From positions 124,001 through 149,049 of the forward strand of contig JALDZS010000042.1 of the NCBI GenBank assembly GCA_022813965.1: DNA of 25,049 nucleotides. The letters run 5' to 3'. The notes under the pieces were generated by a model. It made no database searches and had not been told where the DNA came from. It saw nothing but the letters and a program-made list of their open reading frames with translations. Made by a program: the position numbers and the translations under genes. The DNA comes from Toensbergia leucococca (Eukaryota). This document shows, piece after piece, positions 10,565-21,900 of the stretch. Positions within the stretch are counted from its first letter, which is position 1, and each line of letters begins with the position of its first letter.

Positions 10565-12909
10565 TCAATCCTTCCACCCCAACCCCTCCAACTCCCTCCT
10601 GACCTCATCCTCCGTTTCCATCTTCCGGATCTGCGTCCCCTCCAACTTCTCCCCGCCCGCTCGCCTCATCTTCAGCTCGTCGATAGCCCTCAGCTTCTTT
10701 AGCAGCGCCCGTGTCTTCTTGTCTTGAGACGTACCCCCTGTATCGGGTGATTCAACTGTTATTGCTGCAGGTGCTGGGGGGGTTGGGGTACCATTCATAA
10801 CGAGTGGTTGAGCTGCGTTACTTTGGTGACGATCTCGACGCCCGGCTTGCTGAGAGCGAGGTCGACTGTCAAGATTGTTAGCTATTGATCGATTTCGTTC
10901 GTGACTTTTCCGCTCTTTTCGCTCGGGACTTCGGCTCGGAGTCGGCGCTGCTACAGGTGCACCGTCGGCCTCAGGGGATGGGACGAGGCCGGCAGCTTTG
11001 TCGGCAGCTTCTTTGGCCTTCTTCGCCTCCCGTTTCTTCTTGTTTTTTACCGCCGCTTTTGAGAGATTCTCATCGCCTTCTACCGTTGCGCCTAGGCTTG
11101 ATTCTTCAGTGGTGACTTCAGCGCCAGGAATTTCTCTTCTACGTGGTTTACCAAAGCCATTGATACCGTTTCCCAGAGAGAAACTGCCGTTACTGATATA
11201 TGCTGCACCACCTTCATCTTCGCGCCGGAAGGCTAATGGCGTGACCTGGCCTCGCGCTCCAGGGGGTCGATAGGCGCCAGCGGGCTTAGAAGGGGTTTTG
11301 ACAGTGCCCAAGTACACTAACGCAGAAGCGTGCGGATTGGGCAGGGGATGGAGAGGGTTTTCTAGAGGATGGGCGCTTGTTGATTGTGGGCGCCAAACAA
11401 CATGGTACAGCTCTTGCAGGTCCTCATTGTACATCAGACCCCCTCCGACGTGCCAGATACGTACGCCGTTGTCCACCCGTAGCCTCGGACTCGTGGTTGC
11501 AGTCAATATATGTTTTCCATCTGGACTCCATTCGCATACACTGGCATTACTTGCTTCGATGGTGCAGACCTTCTGGTAGTCTTTTTCCAGGTCGTAAATA
11601 TCCATTTGGCCCGCTAGATTTCCAAATCCAGCCACGAGCACAAACCGACCGTGGGGAGAGAAGAGGATAGTATTACGGGGAGAGAGGGCGAAATTGTGAG
11701 TAGCGACGGCTCGAGTGTTGAATATGGTTGTCTTGGCTGGCATGTAACCATATACTACACCGAATTCTTTCGAATTTGGTGACCAAGTCACATCGTGAAT
11801 TGGACCTTCTTTGTCTTCAGTGAGGTTAGTACAATGGACTGAATGGAGTATAGTCAGTAGAAACCCACCCAGATCAATCCTCGAGTCGAATCCTCCGTTG
11901 GCGCTTAGCAAGTATAGCGTCGTCTCCCCATAATAGCTTTTGCCGGACTTATCGACTTCAGTCTGAGCAAGTACAATGAGGCTATTACCTTCATCATTCC
12001 ACTTGAGCTGAACTTTGTCACCTTTGAAGAAGTTTTTTTGCGATACCGCAGTGGCAAAGTCAGGAACGTTGAAGACTTTCACAGCGGCAGGTTGCCCCTT
12101 TTCCTATTATCAGCTATCTGTTCCAGATAAAATCCCAGTCGGCGCCATACCTTACGCTCTGGAATAAAGACAGCAATTGAATGGTTCTCTCCAGGCGACA
12201 CTGCGAAGTCGGTCACTCCCTCGACCCGGAGCTTATTCCAGACCGTCCCAAGATTTCCACTTTGATAGAACTGAACTTCATTTGTCACTACGCGAGCGCA
12301 ATACTGCTCATCGAAGGTATATTGAAGATTCCACCCAGTTTGGGATTTCTGGACGAAGCAGCCAACCACGTCATGTGCATCCTCCCCTCCATCTTGCGGA
12401 GTACCCTCAATAACTCGCCATACCTTGAGATTCTTGACGGCATCTCCATTTTCGTCCTTGGACGGCCGTTGCCAGGTGATGATAAATGTTCCGAGTGGAG
12501 AAAAGGCTATCTCATAGACGTTCTGGGCTGGCAGAGACGTGATGACATGACCCACCGAAGCATCGACGACGGATACCCTGCACAAAGTTCAGTCGTAATA
12601 TAAGCAAGGCAGGCACAAATCATACTGCTCAGGTGAGGCCCAGGCGAAGTAACGGCCGCAAGGTGAGTAGACACAGCACCGAAGATTGCCCTCAGGTCTA
12701 AAAGTTAATTGCATCAGTATGGGTTCTTTTCAAAGCCGGAGCAAGCAATTATACATACCTCTGAAATGCTGGCAAGGCGTCGTAGACAGGCGCAGCATCA
12801 AAAACGCCAATGCCCTTCAAGGTCCGGTCTAATACAGCAAAAGTGGGTCAGAGGTGAGACTTAGTGTAGGTAGGATATTCTTACATGCAAATTGCGTAGG
12901 GACTGCCAT
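10565..12909 (-). CDS. eIF2A: Eukaryotic translation initiation factor 2A; exons 12909-12885, 12828-12759, 12697-12626, 12577-12151, 12097-11869, 11814-10565; ~690 aa
   Basis: WD-propeller motifs FSPLGTF, TEVDKSGKSYYGET.LY, KEGPIHDVTWSP, VYGYMPAK, AGFGNLAG, ATTSPRLRVDNG and AYRPPGAR, plus a C-terminal coiled coil KKLRAIDELK. Five GT-AG introns; the acceptor of exon 5 could be 6 nt earlier. Confidence 0.95.
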
Positions 12910-13808
12910 AACTAGTAAAAGTCACAGAGCTGTTACACAATGAAGAGTTTGTGCGGGCTGGAAGGGGTGTTCACCGCCAAATCCGGGTTCCGGTAACCTT
13001 TTTATGCGTTTTCAAAGGCGGGAATGACTTGGCAGTAGTGTATGACTGGCGAGCTTGGGGCCTGGGAGGGAAAGGGGAAAGATGTTCTTCTTGTCTCTGA
13101 GGGCAAAGAGACAAAGGACTCGATGATTAACGTTTTTATCTCTTTAATCTTTTAATTTTCAGCATTGCCAAGCTTCCGTCATTCAACGGGGACTAGTACA
13201 TATTTAGAATAGAACAGCCGCTAGACCTCCCTCGTTCATTGTCCCCTCGGTCCCTCCGAGCCTCCCTCTTCCCTACACACCTCGTTGTCACTAACACCAT
13301 GTATAAAGCACTCCTGCTTGGCCAAATACCTCCACGTCGCGAAACTGATCTTGGATACACAAGAAGTGCATTGTGAAAATTCTTAGGCCACTTTCTTCTC
13401 ACCAAGGTCGTTGAAACGTGAGATGCTGTTGCTAACGTATTTAGAAGACTATTCAAAGGACCTACTGGAAGGCTTGGATAGCTTGTCCGACGACGACTAT
13501 ATATGGCCCTCGATCCCTTCATAATTCCTTGCGTGCATAGAATATCATGCTTTAAAAGCTATCTAATAAACTTTTTTGTAATTGGCTGAGTCTAGCTTAG
13601 GTGAAGGAATTCTCACTTTTTTTCCGTTGTGTCAACCCATCATCAACACCGAGAGCATCTTCTTAAGTATTGAAACAGCAACCTGTGTTTTCTCGTTCTT
13701 CAACTTTGTCCCCAATACATATCCCTCGACAGCCGTATATCCTCCTGGTAAGTATGAAACACTCGTCATATCTTCTGTCTGACCGTGACGTTCAGGATAG
13801 TACCCGCC

Positions 13809-15218
13809 ATGTCTCATTCCTATCTCCCTACTGAGATCCTACACAAGATATTCCTCGACTTGAGTCTGATGAAAACTTACCGTTTCGACAGCATAAGACT
13901 GAATGACTTTCGAAACCTCCGCCTCGTCAACCGCCAGTTCAATAACGCAGCTACGCCTTTCTTGTTCGAGAATCTTGTCATTGATCTCCAAGATGAAGGC
14001 CGTGTAGAGTATTTAGGTGCTATGATCTCGGATCACCCAGAAGCTGCTCGCTGTGTTCGATCACTCCGATTGCTTTATCCCTTCGATCCCCATCACATGC
14101 TAATTTCTCACCTTTCTCACCTTCTTCATTCATTAAGAGGGATCAACATAATGGCCGCTGTCGAAGTCTTACATCGCCAGTTTCGCGAGAAAATTCTCGA
14201 GCTCAGCGAATGCGTCACTCGATGACTGGCGCACATCCGAACCATCTCAACGCTTCCAAGCCTTTCCAATCACACTCCGGCCCTTCCGAGAATATCACAC
14301 CTAGAGATTGGATTCTCTTACAAGATGGAGTCATACATGGCTGACGCATCTTTAAAATTTAAAAATCAGACAGGACGCTCTATTTACGGACTACTTCCCG
14401 GCGAGGGCTACTTGGGATCTCCACGGCAAACTGGTGGAGACGGTATTCTTCAAGCCTCGCGTCTTTCCGTTTCCAGCTTCAAATTCAATCATCTCAGTGT
14501 TCTCAATATCTCTGTGATATCGCCCCTTGCTCGCAACGTTGTAAATTTGGACCTCAGAATCCGAGTTCACTGCCCAAGAGCTGAGCTGAAGGCGGATGCA
14601 CATAAGATGATGGGCATTCTAGGATATTTCAAGAAGCTCAAGACTTTCCGATTTGTCTTGGCACCCACTCCCTGCTGCCCCCGGTCCTTGAACATCCCCC
14701 GGTCCTTGAACATGCATTACGACCCCGTGAAGCTCAGCCTTGAGGACTTCTTCTTTCAGCGAAATGGAAGCAAGGCGAATGAACAAGGCAAGTCCAGCAT
14801 GATTGGCTGCAAAATGCCAGCGCTCGAACATGTTAATTTCATCAATTGGCCTATATCGGTCGCTGGCCTCGCTCTCTTCATTAGCACACATTCAGACACG
14901 CTGAAGCGACTGGAACTTGCGCATATCACCCTACATGGGCACGAATACGTCCAAAACGGCGCTTGGGATTACATTGCCGGGTTGATTCGCGAGAAGCTGC
15001 CTTTGGCTTCATGCCGTTTTGTGAAGCTTACTAAATGTTCAACGGCTCATTATTCGAGCGATCTTTTCGCAAACGCCAGGCTACAAGAGCAGAACTACAA
15101 ACGGATGTACCAGATTGCTAGCGGAGAAATCGACCCTCGATTCTCTTACACGATGCCCACGGTGCGTATATTACCGACTGACGAAAGATTGGAGGACCAC
15201 CGTCATGATTACTTGTAA
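13809..15218 (+). pseudogene. F-box/LRR-like protein gene interrupted by one in-frame TGA at 14223-14225 (pseudogene, readthrough gene or sequence error)
   Basis: N-terminal F-box-like LPTEILHKIF...LRLVNRQFNNAATPFLFENLVI. ORFs 13785-14225 and 14325-15218 are in the same frame with no other stop between them. LRR-like segments (KKLKTFRF, PALEHVNF, TLKRLELAHITL) follow. There is a likely 5'-UTR intron at 13748-13795 (GTAAGT..CTGAC..CAG). Confidence 0.7.
14678..14713 (+). repeat. Perfect 18-bp in-frame tandem duplication
   Basis: cccccggtccttgaacat occurs twice, encoding PRSLNI/PRSLNM. Confidence 0.95.
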
Positions 15219-15677
15219 CTCAGTAAGTATCGCGAACGCCGTTACAAAAAAGTCTTTGGGGATTTCTGTCAAGGATACAGATTTATCAAAGAGTCAAAGA
15301 TCAGAATTCGCTGACAGAAAAACATCTTGAGAACTCCATTTACGGGGCGGCGGTGATGGTAACAAGCTTATGGAAGATGGGAGTAACATAATAACAACAT
15401 CTACACCCACTTTGCAAAATGAAACAGACTAAAAGGTTTTTGATTTTCCTGAGATGCAAAAATCTCAATGTTTCTTCAAACTGTGCACTCAAAAACACCG
15501 ATGTTTCCTTGCCGCCCCTGATCCCTCAAATCCTTGAAATCATACATCGAGTAGAATGAATTCACAAAAGGCTACCCATACATACAACAGTCATCCCTTT
15601 TCACATCACTCTAAAAAGGGTAAATAATCCTCTACATCCTCTGTGTACACAACCCTTCTTTCATATCATCACAACAA

Positions 15678-16011
15678 CCCCCCCCCCCCCCTTCTCTTCA
15701 AATCATTAAAGTAAATCATCAAACAACTTGAATCACACACCCCTTAAAATCAGATCCTTCAAATGCTGTTCATATCTCCCCTTGAAAACAAAAATATGCA
15801 TTTGAAAAAACCAAAAAAAAAAGAGATAATTCTTCACTCCCCTCTCATGCTCATGCCCATGCCCATATTTGCCACGTCTTTATCATTGTATTCACTGACA
15901 CCATTAACACAACAAAAACAAATAAAGATATAAAAATCCTCTATACATCGCTCCCCCCCCCCTTGCCCCCCACAACCCCAAGGCAGAAAAGAAGAAGAAG
16001 AAGAAGAAGAA
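15678..16011. repeat. Low-complexity tract: C14 run (15678-15691), A runs and (GAA)7 microsatellite (15991-16011)
   Basis: Directly visible in the sequence. Confidence 0.85.
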
Positions 16012-16114
16012 AAAAAGAGAAAAAGTTGAGTTAGTGAAAGAGAGAAAGAGACGGTATAATTCAAAAAAGCCGCGAGCAAGGTGTCTCACAAAGGGAAAAA
16101 GTGTTTCAAAAAAA

Positions 16115-16858
16115 GGGAGCCAATAGATTGACACCCCTTTTTAATACACAAACACTCCCCCCCCTCAAAATTAGACAGTGATCAAGCACAGGCGTGTGAA
16201 CATCCTTCAAATGCCCTCAACCTACAACAATGAGAGGCATAACAACTGACTGAATATAACAATTCTACTCAGTGAGAGCCCAGCCCTCTCAATCTGAACT
16301 TTTGAAAAACAGTGATATAAAGGTAGAGTTATAAGTGAGTGAGAAGGTAAAGGTAGAGATAGAAGGTAGAGGGACTAAAGAAGGTGAAGAGTGAGAAAGT
16401 CAAGAAAAGAGAAAGAGATTTTGAGGGAAGTAAAGAATAATACAGAACAGCTGAGGGTTGAGACTCATCATTCACATAAAAAATCAATATAAATAATAAA
16501 CCTGTCTACAGCATTCACAATAAACATAGATGCACAAAAATTGCCATGTTTTTGACGCCCCAGGGGTGAAGGAGAAATCAAAGTCAGGAATGTGATACAA
16601 AAGCATAACTTTTTTCTCCTAGGTAAATTTGAAACTTTTAGATGGCAACGTGAATTGAAACAGGTGAAATGACTTGAAGTAGTGCATGGAGAATCAAGTT
16701 GCAAAATGTGGTGAGATACTCATGATGATTCCCTACCCCGTGCAAACATTGCGCCCTGTGCCTCGTTCATTGCCTAATTGGGAGGGGGGGGGTGTTTATG
16801 TATTAAAACGGGGGTGTTTATGTATTTATCAAAAAGGGGTGTCATCCTACTAGCTCCC
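16115..16858. mobile_element. Non-autonomous Mutator-like element, copy 3, with ~85-bp TIRs and a 10-bp TSD
   Basis: The left end gggagccaatagattgacacccctttttaatacacaaacactccccccctcaaaattagacagtgatcaagcacaggcg matches the reverse complement of the right end (gggagctagtaggatgacacccc...ttttaatacataaacaccccccccctcccaattaggcaatgaacgaggcacagggcg). The flanks ttcaaaaaaa (16105-16114) and ttcaacaaaa (16859-16868) are 9/10 identical. 16540-16755 is a diverged reverse complement of 9843-10035. Confidence 0.8.
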
Positions 16859-17365
16859 TTCAACAAAATCCCCGCAAAAAGTTGAACTGAACTGAGAGCA
16901 AAAAAGGCGGAATGGCGAGAAAAAAAAACAAAAAAAAAAAAAAAGAAAGGTAGGAAACATGGTCAAGAACCAGTGCTAACACGGAGGAGCACCACGACGA
17001 AAGCTGGGGGGAGGGGGGAAGGCGGGGATAAGAGTCAAGAGTTCACAAAAGAGGAGCCCAGGTTGGAGAAAGCCAGCTCAACTATATCGTCCAGCAACCC
17101 CAGCCGAAAAATGAGGTCCAAAAATCGCCGCGCCAACATGGCGAACACATGAAGCAGAACAACACTCCCTTTTCCCTCTCCCAACCACCTTCCTTCCCTT
17201 CATTCACCCCACATCCATCCAGCCATGGAAACCCCTCAAAAGAAGTAAGATTCTCAACCTAGCAAAGCCTACGCAAGCCTCCTGACACGCCAACCCCTTA
17301 GACTCCCCCCACCAAAGAAGCCCACCAAACCACAAAAAAAAAAAACCTCCTACCTCTCCTCAAAT

Positions 17366-18260
17366 TCAAAGCTCCCCAAGACCCTCACTCCCCTTGTACA
17401 CCTCCCCCCCATCCAACCTCTCCCGCATAATCCTCTCCGCCTGCTCTCTCCCAGTCATACTTCCATCCCTTTCAAAGCCTCTCCGCTTCTCCCCCATCAA
17501 AACCCCTTGCATGGGACTGCCCCCAAATTTGGCCTTGGTGGGACTACTCACGCGACTCGCACTCATCGTCCCCGCCGTTGCAGCAGAAGCAGTAGTCGCG
17601 CGCCCAGAAATCGAGTCCCCACCACCTCCCGTACTGGCCGCCTCGCCGAAGCCGACAAGACTGGCGTTACCTTCGTCGCTCAGGCCCGCAGAGCTACTGA
17701 CAGCGTCGTCCTGGTCCTCGCTCATTTTGTCGGCGTCATAGACATCCGAGCCGCCACTGGCCCAGGTGGTGGTGCGGCCGCCGACGCTGCCGGTTGCGGA
17801 AGCGCTACCGACCGTGCTGCGTTCCTTGCCAAGGGGAGTGGCGGCATTGTCAAAGTATCCTGGTGGCGGCTGCTGTTGCTGCTGAAGTTGGGAGGGGAAG
17901 GAGTTGGGAGCGAGGTGGTGGGCTAAGGGGCCTCTAACGGTGGCGACGCGCTCGAGCCCGGCAAGGCGGGAGATGCGGTCGGCGCGTTCATTATCCAGGG
18001 TATTTGCTGAGGAGGTGGAGGAGGAGGAGAGATTGTGGGAGTGCATGTGTGGAGGAGCGTGGCCTTGGTGACCGTCTTTGATGGCGGTCGTTGAGAGGGC
18101 GGACATGGAGGTTGTGGTTGAGTTTGGGGTGCCGCTGTGGATGGTCAGTGGGGGTTCGGGGGTTGAAGTGGGAGCAAAGAGCAACTTACGGGCCCATATC
18201 TGAGGGGGTGACGGGTTCTGAGGGGGGAGGGGGGAGATTGATGAAAGTTGGGGTTGACAT
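17366..18260 (-). CDS. Conserved low-complexity fungal protein, possibly RfeF-like regulator (tentative, from recall); exons 18260-18190 and 18134-17366; ~279 aa
   Basis: ATG at 18260 (MSTPTFINLPPPPSEPVTPSDMGP). Intron 18189-18135 (GTAAGT..CTGAC..CAG) joins in frame to GTPNSTTTSMSALSTTAIKDGHQG, ERADRISRLAGLERV, ERSTVGSASATGSVGGRTTTWASG and SDEGNASLVGFGE. The gene model is solid but the name is not. Confidence 0.8.
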
Positions 18261-18905
18261 TGTTAGGGTTAAGTGTTTGAATGTTTGGTAGAACTAGGAT
18301 TCGGCGTCAGATGTTAAATTCTCGATAATGGGGTTTGTTGACGGTTCAGGTGAGGAGCAAAGACGGTTGATGGAATTCGGGCCCTGACACACAATATATG
18401 GAGACAAATAGTACTATGTACTATTCTGTACGAGTTGGAGATGTGACATAAATAAAGCACATGTCATTTAGTCCTTGTTGTTGGAATACACTCCCTCGTC
18501 CGACATTTGCATTCCGCCCTCTGCACACTTTCTCTCAATCCCTGAAACCTCACTAAGACTGCACCACCTGCGTCATCCAGAAGCCAACCGAGCGCCAATC
18601 CCTCAATCTCCCACTACGCCAAATCTGGCGAGTTACAGGGTGTCAGTAGTCAGGTGCCTAGTCCATTCCAGCGCTTTGCCCCATGCGAGCCCCTGAAGTC
18701 CTTCAATACCTACCTATCTCAAAATCATACTCACGAGTCATTAGAGTCCAGGCATAGGAATCGTGTTTTGGCTGTGGAAATACATCGTCGAATAAATTAT
18801 AAGTATAACCTTAGTAGACTCTTTATGTCCATGAAAGCCAAGTGTGCGTACCCCGAGTTAGCAAAGGGGTCAAAACTAATTCATCAGTCTGTATCGAAAC
18901 CTCAC

Positions 18906-21900
18906 TTAGATCCACTCCTTGTAAGCCCGTTGTTCCTCGTCAATCATGTCGATCGCATTGAACAAATCGCCTTCTGCCGCCTGAGCGTAGACAACAAGTC
19001 TTCGTACGCCCCCATCGTCCTTGTTACCAAAACCAAGATCCTTGAGCTGCTCCACACATTGTTGAACCTTGCTTACTGTAGATGCATCGCTATGTGCCTC
19101 GTCGTATGAATCTTGTGCTGCTTCACCAGACATATTTCCTCTTGCTCTGGTGTTCTGGGGATATTGCTTCCTATGTAACGTAACCGGCACATTGCTCAAA
19201 CCAGGGCCCCTTGCCCGAATCGAGCTCTCCAATTTCTTGCTATTGCCGTCGAGGAAAGAATCCCAATTCATTCTTCCATTGCCACTGAAGTACTCCGAAT
19301 AAGGTCTACGACTTCCTGCAGCATACCGGGGGTTCATGCCGACTACAGTAGCACTACGGCGGATATTGTCGGCATCGCGAGGACCATTTGCCGTCGCAGT
19401 CTCAGCAAGAGGATCGAATGGTTTTGCAAGCCGGGCATTGGGTGCTGCAGGGCGAAGCCCAACTGGAGAAGCCGACCTAGTAGACTCCTTTGAAGCTTTG
19501 CTAAGCCCAGTCATTCTTTTGAAGAATTCTCCCGAGGATTCTGTCTCCGAGCCATTAGACTCATGGGACCAGTCGCTGTAATGATCTTTTGGTAATCTCG
19601 GTTCGGAGTTTTTAGCTTCGGATGATGCTTTCATCAAAGGTACTTCTTCGACCAAAGTCGCTTGTTGACTAAGCGCTTCTTGGATGGGGTTCTCCGGATC
19701 CCTCTGCCTGGAAGACTCTCCTATTTCCGAATGTGCAGAATTATGGTCTGGCCGAGGGGGTGCACGCGATGGAATAAGGGGCTCCATACTTGGTAGCGGA
19801 GGAAATGGTCGTACATCTGCAAAATTACGGCCTTCAAATTGCTCCAAAGTTGGGAACCGAATTCCTGCAGGAGGTAAGCTGGCCCAAGGATTTGCCTCTG
19901 GGTAAGTTTCATGAGCCACTTTCTGAGCGGTAGTATCGCACGATGTTGAGTGTAATTCCTTCCGTTGTGATGGCACCTGAAAGTCTGTGGCTGACGGTTG
20001 CAATCGCTGTTTGCCATGATCCACTGATGTATGCAGTGGCTTACGTAAACCCCCATTGGACTGGTATTGTCGTGGGAACTTGACTGGTGATGGCTGGACT
20101 TCTGGAGAATATGATAGGCCTACTCTGGGGTTCTCTGGTACAGTTGGAGATGGCTTTTCCGAGACGCGGAATCTATGAGTATTGAATTGCCTAGTATGAT
20201 CAGAGTTCCTACCTAAGTCCTTTGTTTGACCTGTCTTCGTGTGGGACGGTATCCATAAATTTTGAGATGAGGGTCTGAAAGTTGAAGGGGGAACATATCG
20301 GGAATGGCCGAAAAATGGACGCCGATGTTCACAGCTCGTCTCGTTTATGCGAGTCTCGTCAAGCTGCAATAGTCCTGATCCAGATCTTGAGTAGACATTC
20401 GGCAGGCTTGGTGGAGAGCTTAATTTGGCCGCGGGCTTTTGAGCCGCGTCTTCGACTAGAAATTGCCGCATCATAGTAGTTCCCGAAGCCACAGAATCGA
20501 TCATTTCTGCATAGTCATCGGGAGATGAACTCTTCTTTACAGGTAGGAAATCTGAAGTAAAACACTCAGCAGCTCGAGGGGAAAGACGATTAAGATGATT
20601 GGCTTCGCTCGCCCGCGGTATTTCAATGGAACCATGGTCATTGCGTAAATTGGAATTTTCCAAGGTGGAAATGTCTGATAGCAGCAACGACGGGTTGGTG
20701 AATGTTTTATTGGCCACTAATGAGAGAGTATCTACGCTTCGAGCCGAGCTTGTCGCATCTGCAACAGCCGATGTTCCTCTCTTTCGATCACTATCGATAT
20801 CGGGGCTACCAGGTGATACTCGCTCCGGAGCGTGGTGGGTACGGCTGACATCGGCTTCTTCAAGCATGGCTAATGATGCCAAAGGCTTCGCTTGTACAGT
20901 ATTTCCATTATCGTTCTTCAGACCGGTTGGGGAGTGCCTGTACTCTGATAACGAGCTTTTGACCGACACGTTACTAGGGCCTGCAACGTAACCATATTTA
21001 GTGCCACCGAGAGAGATCAATGCAGCCGTAAGAACAGAGTCATGATACACAAAGCCAGCTAATTTGACTAGAAGCCTATCAGCAGGAACAACGTTTTCCC
21101 CCAAGATTTGCTACTTACGGTATGCTTGTAATGCATAATTTGCGCCACTGACGGTACAGAATGCTGTTCGAGGCGACTCTTCATCCTTCTCTTGTACATT
21201 GACAATCTCAACTTGGGCTGTTGGTACGGCGTCAAGGACAAGATCCTTGATTGCCGTCCAGCGCATTTCATCTGGGATCTGTATGGGACAAGTTAACCAT
21301 CGTGAAAAGCCTTTTACTCATGAATGTTGTTACTTACAGGCCAGAGAACAAGAACTCTCTCGCCATCTCCTGACAAAGGCATCGCATGTTGGTTGAACCT
21401 ACGAATATGATGCATCGTGTTTGGCAGATCTTTCAAAATCAGGGCTTTACCCAAAGAAGCAATCCCTTCAGCGAGACCCCGGAAACCGTTGACTGCCCCG
21501 TCAAGAACTTGAACATCCACGTCACGAGCCTTGTATGCTGCGTGTCGAGTGACGCTTGAAACCTTCTGAACAGAATCTGCAATATTTTGCATGGACCCGA
21601 ATCTTCCGAGGGCACCACGAAGACCCTGTTCCAAAACTTGGGAAACATGTTGCGACGAATTCACACCTTGCCGCTGGCTTTCTGCCATAATGCTTTTGAC
21701 TTCGGCAGTAAGTAATCCAACACCATCAAGGACCACCTTCACAGTGTCAGTGAATGTTTCTCCTATGTCAGTTGCTGGTGGAGAATCATCTATTGGAGCC
21801 GGCTCAGTCATAGCGCGTGATGGAGTAAAGGAGCTTTTGACTCTACAGCTCTCTTTCTCGTTCACATTCTTACTTGCAGCCACTGAAAGTTTTGATAACT

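Noticed and set aside
11815..11868. Apparent 18-aa insertion in eIF2A (GGFLLTILHSVHCTNLTE)
   Set aside because: It is an ordinary 54-nt stop-free intron (GTGGGT..CTAAC..AAG); removing it restores RIDLDKEGP.
13193..13522. 109-aa minus-strand ORF
   Set aside because: It has no recognisable motifs, and the splice-like signals in this interval lie on the opposite strand.
14223..14225. TGA as selenocysteine
   Set aside because: Ascomycetes are not known to have Sec machinery, there is no redox motif context, and no SECIS was recognised.
15834..16134. Hydrophobic Phe-rich minus-strand ORFs
   Set aside because: They are artefacts of A-rich and (GAA)n low-complexity sequence.
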